DNA of 63,042 nucleotides, filler included, from Trypethelium eluteriae (lineage: Eukaryota): assembly GCA_051942245.1 (NCBI GenBank). It is 5 parts of 5 records of this genome, joined end to end, with 100 filler letters (N's around TTAATTAATTAA, not from the genome) between each part and the next. Parts side by side here need not be neighbours in the genome. Positions count along the whole stretch, not along the records: positions 50,574 to 63,042 come from JAVECL010000770.1; 4 more parts are not named here. One strand, written 5' to 3'. Made by a program: the position numbers and the translations under genes. Position 1 is the stretch's first letter; every line of letters begins with the position of its first letter. Shown here in pieces: positions 50,574 through 63,042 of this stretch. The notes below the pieces were generated by a model. That model was not told where the DNA came from. It saw only the letters and a list, made by a program, of their open reading frames with translations, and made no database searches.

Positions 50574-51722
50574 GGCATGCGGGGAGGCGGGAGAAGTATG
50601 CGCCGATTTTGGTGGGGGAGGAGGTGGTGAGCCATGTCAGTGCTTGCAATGCATACCGCGGAATGAGGGAGGGAGAGACGGAGGAGGAGTATGCGGAGCG
50701 GTTGGCGCGGGAGCTGGATGTAGAATTTGAGAGAGTGGGTGGAGACAGAGTTTGCGCGTTTGTAGCAGAGCCGGTGGTTGGTGCGGTAAGTGGATTCTTT
50801 ATTATACTTTCTGCGAGTTGGAGATACGGCGTATTGGGTACTTGGGAAATTTTTGGTTGTCTTTGTAGTGAGCTAACGGCTCGCGTAGGCCCTGGGTTGT
50901 GTTCCTCCAGTCCCTGGTTACTTCAAAGCTGTTCAGCGCGTGTGCCATAAGCACGGGGCTCTGCTGATCTTGGACGAGGTCATGTCGGGAATGGGCAGGA
51001 TCGGCTCGATGCATGCGTGGCAGGATCCTGACATCGATGTGATTCCGGACATCCAGACCATTGGTAAAGCCTTGGGAGGTGGCTACATGCCTGTCGCCGG
51101 CGTCTTGGTAAATAAGAGAATCGTGGACGTGCTGCAGCGGGGGACCGGCGCATTTGGACACGGGCAGACTTATCAGGGACATCCGGTCGCTTGCCAAGCG
51201 GCTGTAGAAGTACAAAAAGAGATAATGGAGAACGGTTTGATCGACAATGTAAAGGTGATGGGAGCAATCTTAGGTCAAGGCTTGAAAAAGAGGCTGAAGG
51301 ATTGTCCAAACGTCGGAAATGTACGAGGAAAAGGATTATTTTGGGGTGTAAGTGGCTTCAATTTTGATACCGTTAACGCGACAGATGCTCAAGTTCAGCA
51401 GATTGAGTTTGTAAGAGATAAAAAGACGAAAGAGCCTTTTGCCCCCAAGGAGGAAGTGGCTATGAGCATTCACGAGAAAGGTGAACTTACAGAGCTTGTC
51501 AGGGGAGTTTTTTTTCCCACGCGGCTAACCTAACGTCCAGGTATGGAAAACCCCTATAACATCTCAATGTATCCAGGAACGGGCTCTGCAGATGGGAAGA
51601 GCGGTGATCATGTTTTGGTAGCACCAGCATTCAATGTCACAAAGGAGGAAATTGAACGGATAGTCGAGTTGACAGCGGGAGTTATAGGAGATTTCTTTGC
51701 GGTGAAGTGTGAGCCGTGGTAG
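50574..51722 (+). CDS. Class-III PLP-dependent aminotransferase (5'-partial)
   Basis: FVAEPVVGA/ALGC, LILDEVMSGMGR, PDIQTIGKALGGG, HGQTYQGHP, VRGKGLFWG and GDHVLVAP. Confidence 0.93.
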
Positions 51723-53346
51723 GGAAAATATGAACTCGCTCGCGCCTGGGAAAACTCGACGTTTTGAGAGCGAACGAAATTTGAGAACTTCGCACCACAC
51801 ACAGTATCATGTCGCGGGCTTATCGGGATGCATTTCATGGATTTCCTGATTAGGCCAGAAAAGATAACGCGTGAAGATGGCGCCGATGGGGCGGAAAAGG
51901 AAAGCTGGGAATAAGCGCGAAAGGCTCACCACTTTGGCTACCTTCATTACGTCAGTGAACGCATCGACGCGTGCGGGTGCCGAGCCTTGCGGGAGCATGT
52001 TTCGATGTAGATCCAACAAAATCTCCACACGACGGTCGATTTTTGTGAGAGACAACTTTCAATTAAAGATAGAATTGCAACAGATCGAGCGAGCTACGTT
52101 TGTTCTTCCCCGGACTCCTGCGTAATCTCGGCTTCGCCAGTTGTTGTTTCGCCTAAGGCGCGAAGTGTGACAACGGCAGTCTCTCTGGAAAAGGTACCGT
52201 ACCGTACCGTAACTCCGTACCTACCTAAGAGCTAGAAAATTTAGTCAGTCAGTCGGGCGAGGGGTTCGGGGGGCGTGTGCGCGCTTCGCCTCTTTTAACT
52301 TGAGCTATGTGTGCATCAACCAACGCGCGCAGGCGGCTCTGCGAGCGTGAGATGATGAGAAACAATAGGCACGATAGCGACGGCGTGATCTAGTCAGACG
52401 GGTGTGTGCGGTGGGCTCGCTATGGCTGACGCAGAGGATGAGAGAGCATGCGTTCGGAAAGGATGGGCCAGGTGCTGCATCGGTGCGACGAGTCTGGTAA
52501 AACAGGCGTTCCTTACGCGAGACAGACGCCATTCGCCGCCAGCTTTGCCAGGAACGAAGCCAGAGGCGGAGCACACCGCAGCGGGATGCGTGTTTGACTG
52601 GCTTTTCTAGAAAGGCTGAGGGTGAGGAGGGAGGTGCTGGGGTTCTTATGGATTCTTATGGGTTTTGATGGGGGGAAAGCATTGACGACGGCCTGCTATT
52701 GATCCAGCCGGCGAATTAATGCAACAGAGTGGGCACTGACCCGTGCCCCAGCAAATGGAAAAGCGTGACTAGAAAACCGCCCGACGGAGAGTGGTGAGAG
52801 AGTGGCAGAGTCTTTGCCCTTGCGGCTAATCCGTGCTTGGTGCTTGGTGTCTCTGGTGTGCTCCTCCACTGAAGTCATCCGCCATCGACCCTCAGACTCT
52901 TCGTACCTCGCTACCTCGCAACCTCGCATCCTCGCAACTTCGTCCCCCCTTCAGACTCGCTCTGTCTTCTGCACCTCCGCCTTCCCTCACGCCCGCAACT
53001 GTTCTTCAATCATCTGCTGAGCATGATGATGCCGGGCGTGAGAGCGTTCTGCGTCTGAAGCGTCACCTCGTGGCCCGGTTCGTTGAGTTGACGACTCCGC
53101 TTTCTGTCTCCCGGTCGGCCAGCCCATTCTCCAATATTCCCAGACCGGGAGTCCTGATCCATTGCTTCGACGCCCAAACGCTTCCCAGACTCCCTCTCCA
53201 AATACTAGTCTTTGCCGTCCAGCTCTTGGAACGCTTCGAGTCCAGCATAACCGACAACACACCGTTTACCGCACGAGCCGAGAGTGAGCCTTGACCACGG
53301 AGCCAAACGGCCTGCAATTCTTGCTCCACTTCGAAGAACCCTCAAC

Positions 53347-55642
53347 ATGTCAGCGACATTAGCCACTCCATTCTTCAACCACCGCGATTACCCCAATAAC
53401 ATATCCAATTTCCGCAATACCAATACAGGCCTAGTCAATCCGGGTGGCGGCACTCCACTGCTGCAAAATCCCCATTACAACGGTTACAATAGCAACAATA
53501 GCAATCACAATACCACACCCGATCTTCGGCGAGCTGCTGCAGGCACTCCGAGGTCTCTTCAACAACAGTCCACACCAGCACAAGCTTCGACCCAGCCGCT
53601 ATCAGATATGGAGAGCTCTGTCGGGCGCAGCAGGAAGCCCAACTGGAGCGAATTTTACAAGAATGGCTTGCCCAAAGAGGTAATTGTCATTGACGACGAA
53701 TCACCCCCACCGCAGCCCCGACAATCGAGCTCGACGATGATGAGAAATCAGGCTGTTTCTGGCCCATCCACCAATGGAAGCGTTCGACACATGGATAAGA
53801 AACGAAAGACTGCAGCCTCTACCGCTTACGATCCTGTCTACAACAAGCACTACTCGACCACTCAAACACCCTACCATGAGGGATCTGGGTCAACCTCGAT
53901 TTCTACTGATCGTACGACTTCTGCTTATAACACTGCTGCTACTTCACTGACTTCACAAGCGAGCAACGGTACTTGGCCCGCTCCTGCTGAGCAAGAAGTG
54001 GTCGGACAAAAGCGGAAGAGGCAGACTACCAGGAAGACCACAGCTGATAAGAAACGCGAGACCGACCTGCTGAAGGATCCATACTCCTGCTACCTCCGCG
54101 GTGCTCCACCGAACCCACCTCTTAAGGCACAGGACGTTCGCGTTCCTGTCGTTCCACATGTGAGTTTTTCCTGTCCCAGAGCCACAAGCCATATGCTGAT
54201 TCACTTGTAGCGCTCGTATCACTCTGACAAGTGTGACGATGACGATGGCCATTACATCGTGACTCCAGACACCGATCTTACGGAAAGATGTACGTCATTA
54301 TCTGGTATTGAACCGTGTCCGTATGAGCTAACAAAGCACAGATCAAATTGTCAAGCTGCTTGGTCAAGGCACCTTTGGTAAGGTCGTCGAAGCATATGAT
54401 AAGAAGAAAAGAACAAAGTGCGCTGTCAAGATTATTCGCTCCGTACAAAAGTACAGAGATGCATCTCGCATCGAGCTTCGAGTGCTCTCTACACTTGCCT
54501 CCAACGACAAAGGCAACGTCAACAAGTGTATTCATCTAAGAGATTGCTTTGACTTTCGCAATCATATCTGCATAGTCACAGATCTCCTCGGTCAAAGCGT
54601 TTTTGATTTTCTCAAGGGCAACCAGTTCGTGCCATTTCCAAGCACACACATCCAAGAATTTGCTCGACAACTTTTCACCAGCGTAGCTTGTACGTCGACT
54701 CACATCCCAAACCCGTTCTTCCTGACTAATATCTTTGCTAGTCCTTCACGATCTTAACCTCATTCACACTGATCTCAAGCCCGAAAACATTCTCCTCGTC
54801 AACGCCGCATACCAGACGTTCACCTACAATCGCACAATACCATCATCTTCCTCAACCTCGACTCGATCTGCACGACATCGCAAAGTACTGCTGGAGCCCG
54901 AGATTCGTCTCATCGACTTCGGCTCTGCTACTTTCGACGACGAATATCACTCTTCCGTCGTCTCTACACGCCATTATCGTGCCCCCGAAATCATTCTCAA
55001 CCTTGGCTGGAGTTATCCTTGCGATATTTGGAGTATCGGGTGCATCCTGGTCGAGTTCTTCACCGGAGATGCCTTATTTCAAACACACGATAATCTGGAA
55101 CATCTTGCCATGATGGAGCCTGTTTGTGGCTACAAGTTGGATAAAGACTTGGTGCGACAAGTCACACACCCTACCAGAGGGAGTCACAAAAATTCAGCTG
55201 CTCAGTAAGCTTCGGCCCGAACTTGCCCTTGTTTGATCTATTCTTTTATTAACATATAACCTTCTTCAGATACTTCCGGAAGTCTCTCATGCTCGACTAC
55301 CCTAACAATGAGACCGCCAAAACATCCAAGAAATACGTAAAGGCGATGAAACGCCTCCAGGTACGTGAACCCCCTTTCCTTTCGACACGTCTAGATTTAG
55401 TGTATACGTCACTAACATTTACGTAGGACACAATTCCGCCACATACCGAATTCAATCGTCAGTTCTTGGACCTCCTCCGCCTGATCTTCATTTACGATCC
55501 CAAGCGACGCATCACCGCTAAAGAGGCCTTGAAGCATCCGTGGTTCCATGAGACACTACAGGATGACGGTACCGAGGCGACGAGAATTAAACTTACTCGT
55601 GAAGCACGAGCCAATCAGAAACAAAGGTCGAACTACCCGTAA
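53347..55642 (+). CDS. LKH1: LAMMER dual-specificity kinase (Lkh1/Kns1)
   Basis: [39 protein letters not shown] and signature EHLAMME. Five introns. Confidence 0.95.
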
Positions 55643-56818
55643 CAACAGCAGCGTCGGAGTCGAGAGAGAAATGCAGCAAAATTCCCAATGCAGCTAGCCG
55701 TAGTTGCTACATACGGCGGAGGATGTTGCAGTCTAATAAGTGAGGTTCTGATTAATGTACAAAACTTCCAGCTTGATCAATTGGAGGACAGCTTAACAGC
55801 GATGCGAAGCGATTCATGGGAAAGGATCTTGAATTTTACAATGCATTGAACAACGAGCGATGGCTGGAATGCGATGATATGCCTAATTGAGGGCTTCCCT
55901 GTTTCCCAAAATCTGGGATGGACTGATGTACTGTGTTTGACGGCATCATTGATGGAACGGACTTTCTCCTTTTTTTCTTCTTTCAACCCCTTTTCTGTCT
56001 ACGACTGTTCCTTGCCCAGGGGACGCCTTTGATGAAGCTCAGCCCACAACAAAGTTCAGCCGGTTGGAGACCCTAATCTCATACCGAAAGGCCTTTTGGT
56101 CCTATGTCTGCATGACAAGAGAAAACAGCAAGATGGAATGCGAAGAGGTGTTCTTGTGATCGACGACTATGGTGCTCTTGTTTCCTTTTTCCACACTGAG
56201 GGTTTTGGGATCTGAGGTAACCGACATGCATCTGCTTCGGTTGTACATGGCAGTTCGCCTCGTAGTAGAATGGAAACTATTTGACGGAGCCTTAGCTCTA
56301 ACTCACATCCTGATTCCTCAACTCTGAGCGCATCCATGCTTCTAACTTCCTCCGTCTTGCTTGCAAAGTCACATCCGGAGAAGGAGAGATGGGTTCAAGT
56401 AAGCTGCAGCCTTCCGGCTGGTACATTGATGGATGAATGAGCCCTTTGGGAGGGATTAAGTTAACGTAGGTGTAAGAACGATGGAGGCCGATATTTTCGC
56501 CTAAACAAGATTGGGAACTCCTCAATATAGACCCCTGAACCACAAAGAATCTGAGTATAGTTTACAAAACCGATTGCAAGCCAAGATGAGTAGTACTTTC
56601 TTCCCTCTGAAGGAGCCGCCTACGACAAACGCCGCATTACTTGCCTCCGGTCGAAGAGTCTTTGACGAAAAGTCTGGTGACCTGCAATATCACAGTACCC
56701 GGGCTCGGATTCCATAGCCCGCTGCCTCATTCTGATCTGACATCTCTGTAAAGTGTACTCGAAGATGACTTCATTGGCAACATGAAGGCCGTTTTACCCA
56801 AAACTGTGCATTGAGGTC

Positions 56819-58409
56819 CTAGCCATCTAAATCCGACCTCGAATAACCCCAAGCCGCCAAGACTAAACGCATCCTGGCATCTGCTTTGTAATGTCGGCCA
56901 AATCCAGATTCATGCCGATAACAATTGAGGCAGATTTCCCTTTCATTACCGGTCAATCCCAGGCGTTTGACGAATAGCGGATCTGAAAAATTCGACTCCC
57001 GGAGAAAAGCTTCTCTTAGATCGCGATCTTCAAGTCGCAAACGCAATAGGACCTTTGAACCTGGCTTGAATGCGTCCAACCACAGATTGCTCGGCACAAC
57101 AGTATGGTTGTTGTCCAGGAGGCACCACTTATCCTTTTCGATATACATTCGATCACTGCTACCAAGATACCGTTTCGCAAGGTCCTGAACGATTTTGCTC
57201 ATCTCCTGTGCAAATAGATCAGTAAAGGCGCATGGTAAATTCAGTCTGATGTATGGCTCGAACGCACTTCTTCATCCCGCGGATACCTTATGAGATACCA
57301 CTCATCACCTGGAGTCTCAAATCGAAACCGAAGCATAGCTTTAGGCTCAGACACTCCGTCACTACTTGGCGAAGCTACAGGTCGAACATCGGACGAGATA
57401 GCCTCATCGCTCGTATGGCGAAACCCTGGAGTGCGGTCAACATCAACCTAAGCGCCGGCACCAACTGCGAGGACTGCGTAATACCTTGTGAATCAGCAGA
57501 CCAGAGCTCAATAACTTTTACAGCAAAGCGACTGGCACGCGCCTGAAGCCAGACATGCCCGGCAATAAGCACGAAATCGTCCTCATCCATCCGGTCCATT
57601 TGCGTCACCGCTGAGTCTATACGGTCTGAACTGCGTCCATTTTGTCGGCCGATAATTTCCGTATCGATGCCTTGTGGATTTAGCAAAACTACCGCCGATG
57701 TTCCTGCATGGGTGTTTTTAACGTCCGTATTTCCCTGTAGCGTGCCTTCAGCGAAATTGTCAAGACGTGTGAGCACATCTGAAGAGGCAGCTTCTGCCTC
57801 CTGAAAATAGTCCAGTGTCTTTTGGTCAGACTGCTCCGCCTGGACGAGGACATTTCTTGTTCCTTTTGACTCTAAAACAAGTCGTTCAACCTCTTCTTTG
57901 ATGTGTTCGCTATAGGGCGTTAGTTAACGTCTTAAGGACAGCAGTGATCTTGCTTACTCCAAACTTCCATACTGCATAAAGTCCAGCGTGTGCATCAGCA
58001 GACTCAATGTTAATTTTAAGGAATTCAGGGAGGACAGTCGAAGTGAAATTTTCGACTTGGTAAAGAGCCATTTCGTCTTCTGTCTGAGACTGATCTGGGT
58101 GCTGGATTGGGATTGTAGGTCGCTAAAAAAATTTCCAATGTCATCAATATCTGTTTTGCAGAGGGTGACTATCTCCGCAGTCACCTCGCGTGTTTCATCG
58201 ATAACACCCTGGTCCGCATTGACCTGTTCAAGACGTCTCCGTAACTCTCGAAGGATGAATGAGACAGCTCTTGTATCTGTTGCAATTGACTTTATTTGAG
58301 CTCTTGCCTGACCAAATTCATCAGCAACCCGCGATATGCCACGAGCTATCCGAAGCCCAGTGTCCGCTAAGGTGACAACGCTAGCAATAAGTCCGACAAG
58401 CTCCGCCAT
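56819..58409 (-). CDS. HeLo-like (fungal STAND N-terminal) domain fused to a fungal ubiquitin-like domain, with a frame break near 57455 (intron or pseudogene)
   Basis: MAELVGLIASVVTLADTGLRIA..A..QIKSIA..KWLFTKSKI..LNSLKLTLSLLM is a typical HeLo-like N-terminus. The last exon, EMSKIV..WCLLDNNHTVVPSNLWLDAFKPGSKVLLRL, resembles the fungal Ubl motif (L..ILPxxW..V.PG..I.M). Confidence 0.68.
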
Positions 58410-61400
58410 TTCTATTATTATGTAATAGACTCAAAGCCTAGTGTAGAAAAAGACTGGTATTCATGTATGAGAGCGGAGAGTTTAGGATATTGGGCACCAT
58501 AGTCGAACTCTAAGAACGAGGTTCAAGACTGAAAGAAATTTATACATCAGATGCATTTGGCGCGTCGATGGGTTGCAACGGGTCCAACTTGATGCAGTGG
58601 AAGTGCATGCTGAGACGGGAGCTGGGGTGATCTCCAGCTCGAGCGTGGCTTGGGGTGCGACTGCTTCTAAGCCTTCTGAGACAGAGGTAGGTAACGACGG
58701 CTTCTGATAGGTAGACACCTAGATGGGAAAATCGACTGAAATCCCATCAACAACCCTACACCCCCGTGGTGCCGTGCCCGACTACTGCGGACATGCAACC
58801 GGGATGTTTGGCCCTGCACATTGGCGGTCCATCCACGCACGCAACAGCACCATGCCCTGGATGGTCCGCCATTCGGCGTTGATCTGACAGTACTGCGCTG
58901 CTTCCATGTCATCTCGCATCTCTAATTCCTCTCCGCAGAAAGTTGGATGCCTATATCTGCCTTGACCTCAGGTGGGCCAACAGAGTCCCACTCTTTTAGA
59001 ATCTTCCGCTCTCGATCATGGAGCGGTATACATTCGCTACACTTCTTGACCGGCCTGTCAAACGAGCCGGGTGGGTCTACTTGTATCACCTTCCACTGAT
59101 TCGTTCCAAAGATCCGGGGCATAGATGGGTAAATCTGCTGGAACGCAAATGTAACATCCTTGTAGGCAAGAGGCATTTATAATTATTTGCTGACTCATTT
59201 AGAATTAATCGCACCACCGGCTGCCGAAAGAAGGTTCGGGTAACAGTCGGGACCAGGATTCGTAGCTGCATGGAATGCAAGTACTATCCAGGACGCCGGA
59301 CAGGTGCCTGCTGCAGCAGCAGTAGCTTGGCCAATACATCTCGATCGAGCGGAGGGCGGTGCGACCCATCCCTGCCTCCCGGAGCGCGCGGCTTATCCAC
59401 TCAGCCTACATGTAGAGCCTGCATCCGTTCTGGAGGTGCTAGAGCCACATACACACGAGTAAACGTGTTGTATCAGCTCGATCCATACTCATCCTTATAG
59501 CTTCCAAGATGCATGCTTGTGAGTGCGCAGGACTCTATGTATTTCAGAAGCGCACGAAGTCTCGGATGTAAACAACTGTTGCTTCTGTGAGCTGCTTAAG
59601 TCCAGCAGTTGCTACCCTCGACATTCACCAGTTCAGAAGCTCAGCAATATCTAATATAAGAAAACTTTCAAATCTGCACTCTATGGAAGCACTTATATTG
59701 TCAATGAGCGAAGTCAAGTATTCGTTTCGATGTTTCGGCTGGGACCTAAAATTGAGACGAAACCTGCTATTATCAGCATCGCTTTGTCGACTGTAGTTTT
59801 GAGATGCGAAACAGAGTAGCTTGGAGACGGCATGGCCGACGATGCCTTAGCACATTGGTCTGCAGTTTGAAAAGCGCTGATGCGCGCGACTTTTTCACCT
59901 TTTTGGGGTTTGTGCATCACGCACTGATCCCGGTCTGTTCCCTTTCATATTAAGTAGAATTGAAAGGAGCGACCTTCGGATGAATTGAGTCTTTTTCGTA
60001 ATGGTAATCTTACAATTACTGTCAAAAATGTGGTACCACATTCTTCCTAGAGTCAGGGTGGATTGTCTAATTTAAAAAATATCTGGAAGCAGGTACTAGA
60101 TTGTCTTGAAAACAGTGTTACATTAGCAAGGAATTAAACCACCGGAGCCCAGCGCCTCAGATCTGGTTGCATCAGCTGGTATACCAATGTGAGAGCTTTT
60201 CGCGGTATAGTCATGCTGCTAAGTGAGACTTGCTTGTATCACTGGCGAATTTTGACCCTTAGCCGGACTGTTCTTTGTTATGCCACTTACTCCATACAGG
60301 TGAAACTCACTTACCGATAAGTGCATATGAAGTAAGGGTCTAAGCAATGAAGGGACGGCTCTCGATTGTCTGTTCCTGTCTTCTCATATCAACTAGCAGA
60401 TTTTTCTAATGACCTTTGTCCTTCCTATTTCCGGGATATATGAATCATTCGCAAAAAGAGCCTAAATTCCTTGGATGAACTCCCGGAAGATTTTACGCAG
60501 AAACCTCTAGACCTTATGCCAATCACCACGGAAGAGGTCATAGCATTTGCTGAATCTCAATTTGAACAACTTATCACAGGAAGCGAGAATTTTCTTCGAC
60601 AACACATGTTTCGGATTATACCACAAGTTCTAGCGAAAGTCTGCTCTCTTCCATATAGATTGCAGGTAGGTCACTCATTGATTAAGGATAGTCTTGCGTC
60701 CTTCCACATTCTACATCTTGAACGGCTTCATTTTGTGCTCGCGGAGCTTGACATAAAAACACACTCACCGGCCTCATCTCCATCAACAAACGGTCCACGG
60801 ACATCGCTTGTCAGCTTTCAATCTGGAAGTCGATCACTACTCGGGCATTGAGCGTACTATAAGCAACAGTCATCTCAGGCACGGCAGCTTAGATCACCTG
60901 CAATGACTTGTAGACTACTCTCTACTAGTGAGAATGCTCTTTCTGTGTTGTATTTTCAGTCACGATCAATTTATGTAAGCGTCAGCGTGTTTATCCTCGT
61001 TGTGCAAAATCATACAGTTGCGGCGGGTTGGTATCTACTCTCATTGTTATCCTTTGTGACTAGGACCGTTTCAGCCATTCCAACAGGAGGTTAGTAAAAT
61101 ACCAACGGACAAGAGCGGCGTCATCCGGGAATCTTCCCACCTTTCGGGAATCAGAATTTCTACACTGGCTCAGTTGAGGGTATAGGCGTTGGTATAGGCT
61201 TTGGTGGAGCTTAAAATATATTCATTGTCGTCAGCCATGACCGCTCAAAGTGATCCTAGATTAGCTCCAAATGCCTTGGAACGCGGTGCGCTCGCAAATT
61301 CAATCGCGTAACATACGGCAGAAGCCAACATGCCCAAGAGCAGGTCCTTGAAAGTTTTTGAGGACCATGCAGCGTTGAGTAGCGACTGCAACACCCGCAC

Positions 61401-62932
61401 ATTGAACGACGGCTTCATGTGTGCGAGCTGTGCGACTCCCAGTCCCATTTCCGTAGCCAGTCGTCATCGAAGACGTCCACAACTGGTGCCTCAGTGCTTC
61501 CGATTGGCTGAAGGAAGTGAATCTCTTAATCTTGTCAAAGAATGCCGGGCCGAATCAAAGCGCTTGCGTGACCATATGTGGTACGGAGAGAGATGACACC
61601 CACAGGCCCTACAGGAACTTGAGAGTCAGATCCATGAGGCACTAGGGATCCCTGTCAATGAGAGACTACCTTATCGTCCTAATGTCAAGCTTTTAATCAG
61701 ATTGCGGGTGCAGTCTGTAGAAAATGGAGCTGATTGTGAATCAGATGAATTGGTGTAGAGTCTAGGATCGAAAGGAACCGTAGACGAGACTAAATAGCCC
61801 ATGCGCGCTAATACAAATAGGGTAGCAACAACCACCGGAACCACCAAAGCTACTTCTTTTCAACACAGTCATGATCTTGCCACTGATTGGGATGGCGTAT
61901 CTCCAACGCCAGGAAGTGCTAACAGAGATGCCTTGGCTTGTGCGGATCGAATAACCCGCTCAGATCAAGCAGAGGGGAAAGGGGGCTCAAACATACGTAG
62001 CTCACAGGCTTGCTATCCGAAATGAAGACGAGATTGGTTAGATCCTCATATATCGCAAAATGGTACAATCTTGTTCTGCAGCGCCTTGACACGACAGCTC
62101 GCTTGTTCTGTTGGCGTATAGACCACGCCCTTTCTCTTGTAACCACAGTGACCCGGCCGCAGCAGAATTGCAGAGCCAAAGGACTTAGTTCATTCCTACT
62201 CAAGAAAGGTGGGGAAAGCGGCGGATATAGCTTTTGCTATTTCGTAAAGGTTGACGGATCTAACCAAAGATTGTACCGATGGCTGAGCGCAGTCCAATTA
62301 TAACAGATCATGGAGACTCAAAAGGCGTTAAAGATATTATGACAGCGATGTCTCATCATGAGGAATTTTTGACTTCTTTAGATGTATTAGAGACAGAAAG
62401 ATTCCATCAATATTCTTGCGGTATTGTCTCCTTTTTTTCGATAAGATAGGTATAGACTCTTAGCACCTGATTGTTTGCCGGTACTGTGGGGAGGACTGAT
62501 GAAAGGGGTCAGTATCACTGTCTCATCGATCCAAAGATGATGCTTTAGAAAGGGAAGGGTCATGAGAAGCGGCTTTTTCTATCTGAATAGAACTATTTTC
62601 CTGGACTTAAAGCTCACAGTTAAATCCGCCTTTTTCAGAATAGATCGTGTGCTGGCGTGGATTTTAAATCGGAGTTGGAAATGAAGTGCAAGTACTCTAG
62701 AGTACCGATTCAATGTAGTAGAGGTCAATTGATAGGCCATGACTATCGGAAATAAGTCTAAGTATTGAAGGCACAAATTTAAACAGTAATTGCTAATGTA
62801 TTAGTAAATCCTGAAGTTTTTCTACCTGCCTCAATCTTCTCTGTTTCTTCTACCACCTCCCATCCCACAACTGCCCACCACTCAACATCCCGGTCACCCT
62901 CCGATAGAAATCACCATGCTCCACAACTAGCG

Positions 62933-63042
62933 ATGCTCAAACCGCCATCGCTTCTCCCTTCCAAACCCTCCGCTCTATTTTCTGCTCCTCTACTCTGCCG
63001 CCGCTGCTTCCACGACTACTTCGTCACCCACCTCCCCTCCTC
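62933..63042 (+). CDS. 5' end of a fungal protein with mitochondrial-type presequence (3'-partial)
   Basis: MLKPPSLL..LLCRRCFHDYFVTHLPS. The presequence lacks acidic residues. I recall FHDYFVTHLPS as conserved in uncharacterised Pezizomycotina proteins, which is unverified. Confidence 0.55.
   Translation, partial: MLKPPSLLPSKPSALFSAPLLCRRCFHDYFVTHLPS

Noticed and set aside
1..63042. CRISPR arrays, tRNA/rRNA genes, intact transposons
   Set aside because: No repeat-spacer arrays, cloverleaf or rRNA signatures, TIR/LTR pairs or transposase/RT motifs seen by eye. Small ncRNAs could have been missed.

Overview
Fungal nuclear DNA from a filamentous ascomycete (Pezizomycotina, possibly Dothideomycetes; this is inference from gene content and short GT-AG introns). 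The window is not one locus. It is five contigs of 12625, 12525, 12518, 12505 and 12469 bp, in descending length order, joined by identical artificial spacers (N44-TTAATTAATTAA-N44), so adjacency across gaps is meaningless. Most genes are conserved housekeeping genes: OCD/mu-crystallin family, PSF3, BLM10, QCR6, DUF92/TMEM19, G-patch, MGM1, CUL4, CYM1, taxilin, an SDR, AYR1, a PMU1-like phosphatase, TIF34, NAS2, DUR3, xylitol dehydrogenase, a class-III aminotransferase and a LAMMER kinase. Interspersed accessory genes are a secreted GH76, a head-to-head pair of a secreted Cys-containing orphan and a secreted HEXXH zincin whose motif is split by an intron, a secreted DHVYE-motif protein with a decayed tail, and a HeLo-like plus ubiquitin-like fusion with a frame break. 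Two non-gene signals stand out. One is a ~300 bp actinobacterial-looking cytochrome c oxidase subunit III fragment fused into a fungal gene at a contig end. The other is a set of recurrent C-rich-to-G-rich skew-switch segments that are independent of gene orientation and coincide with assembly breaks. No tRNA, rRNA, CRISPR array or intact transposon was recognised. All family assignments come from motif recognition by eye, not database searches.
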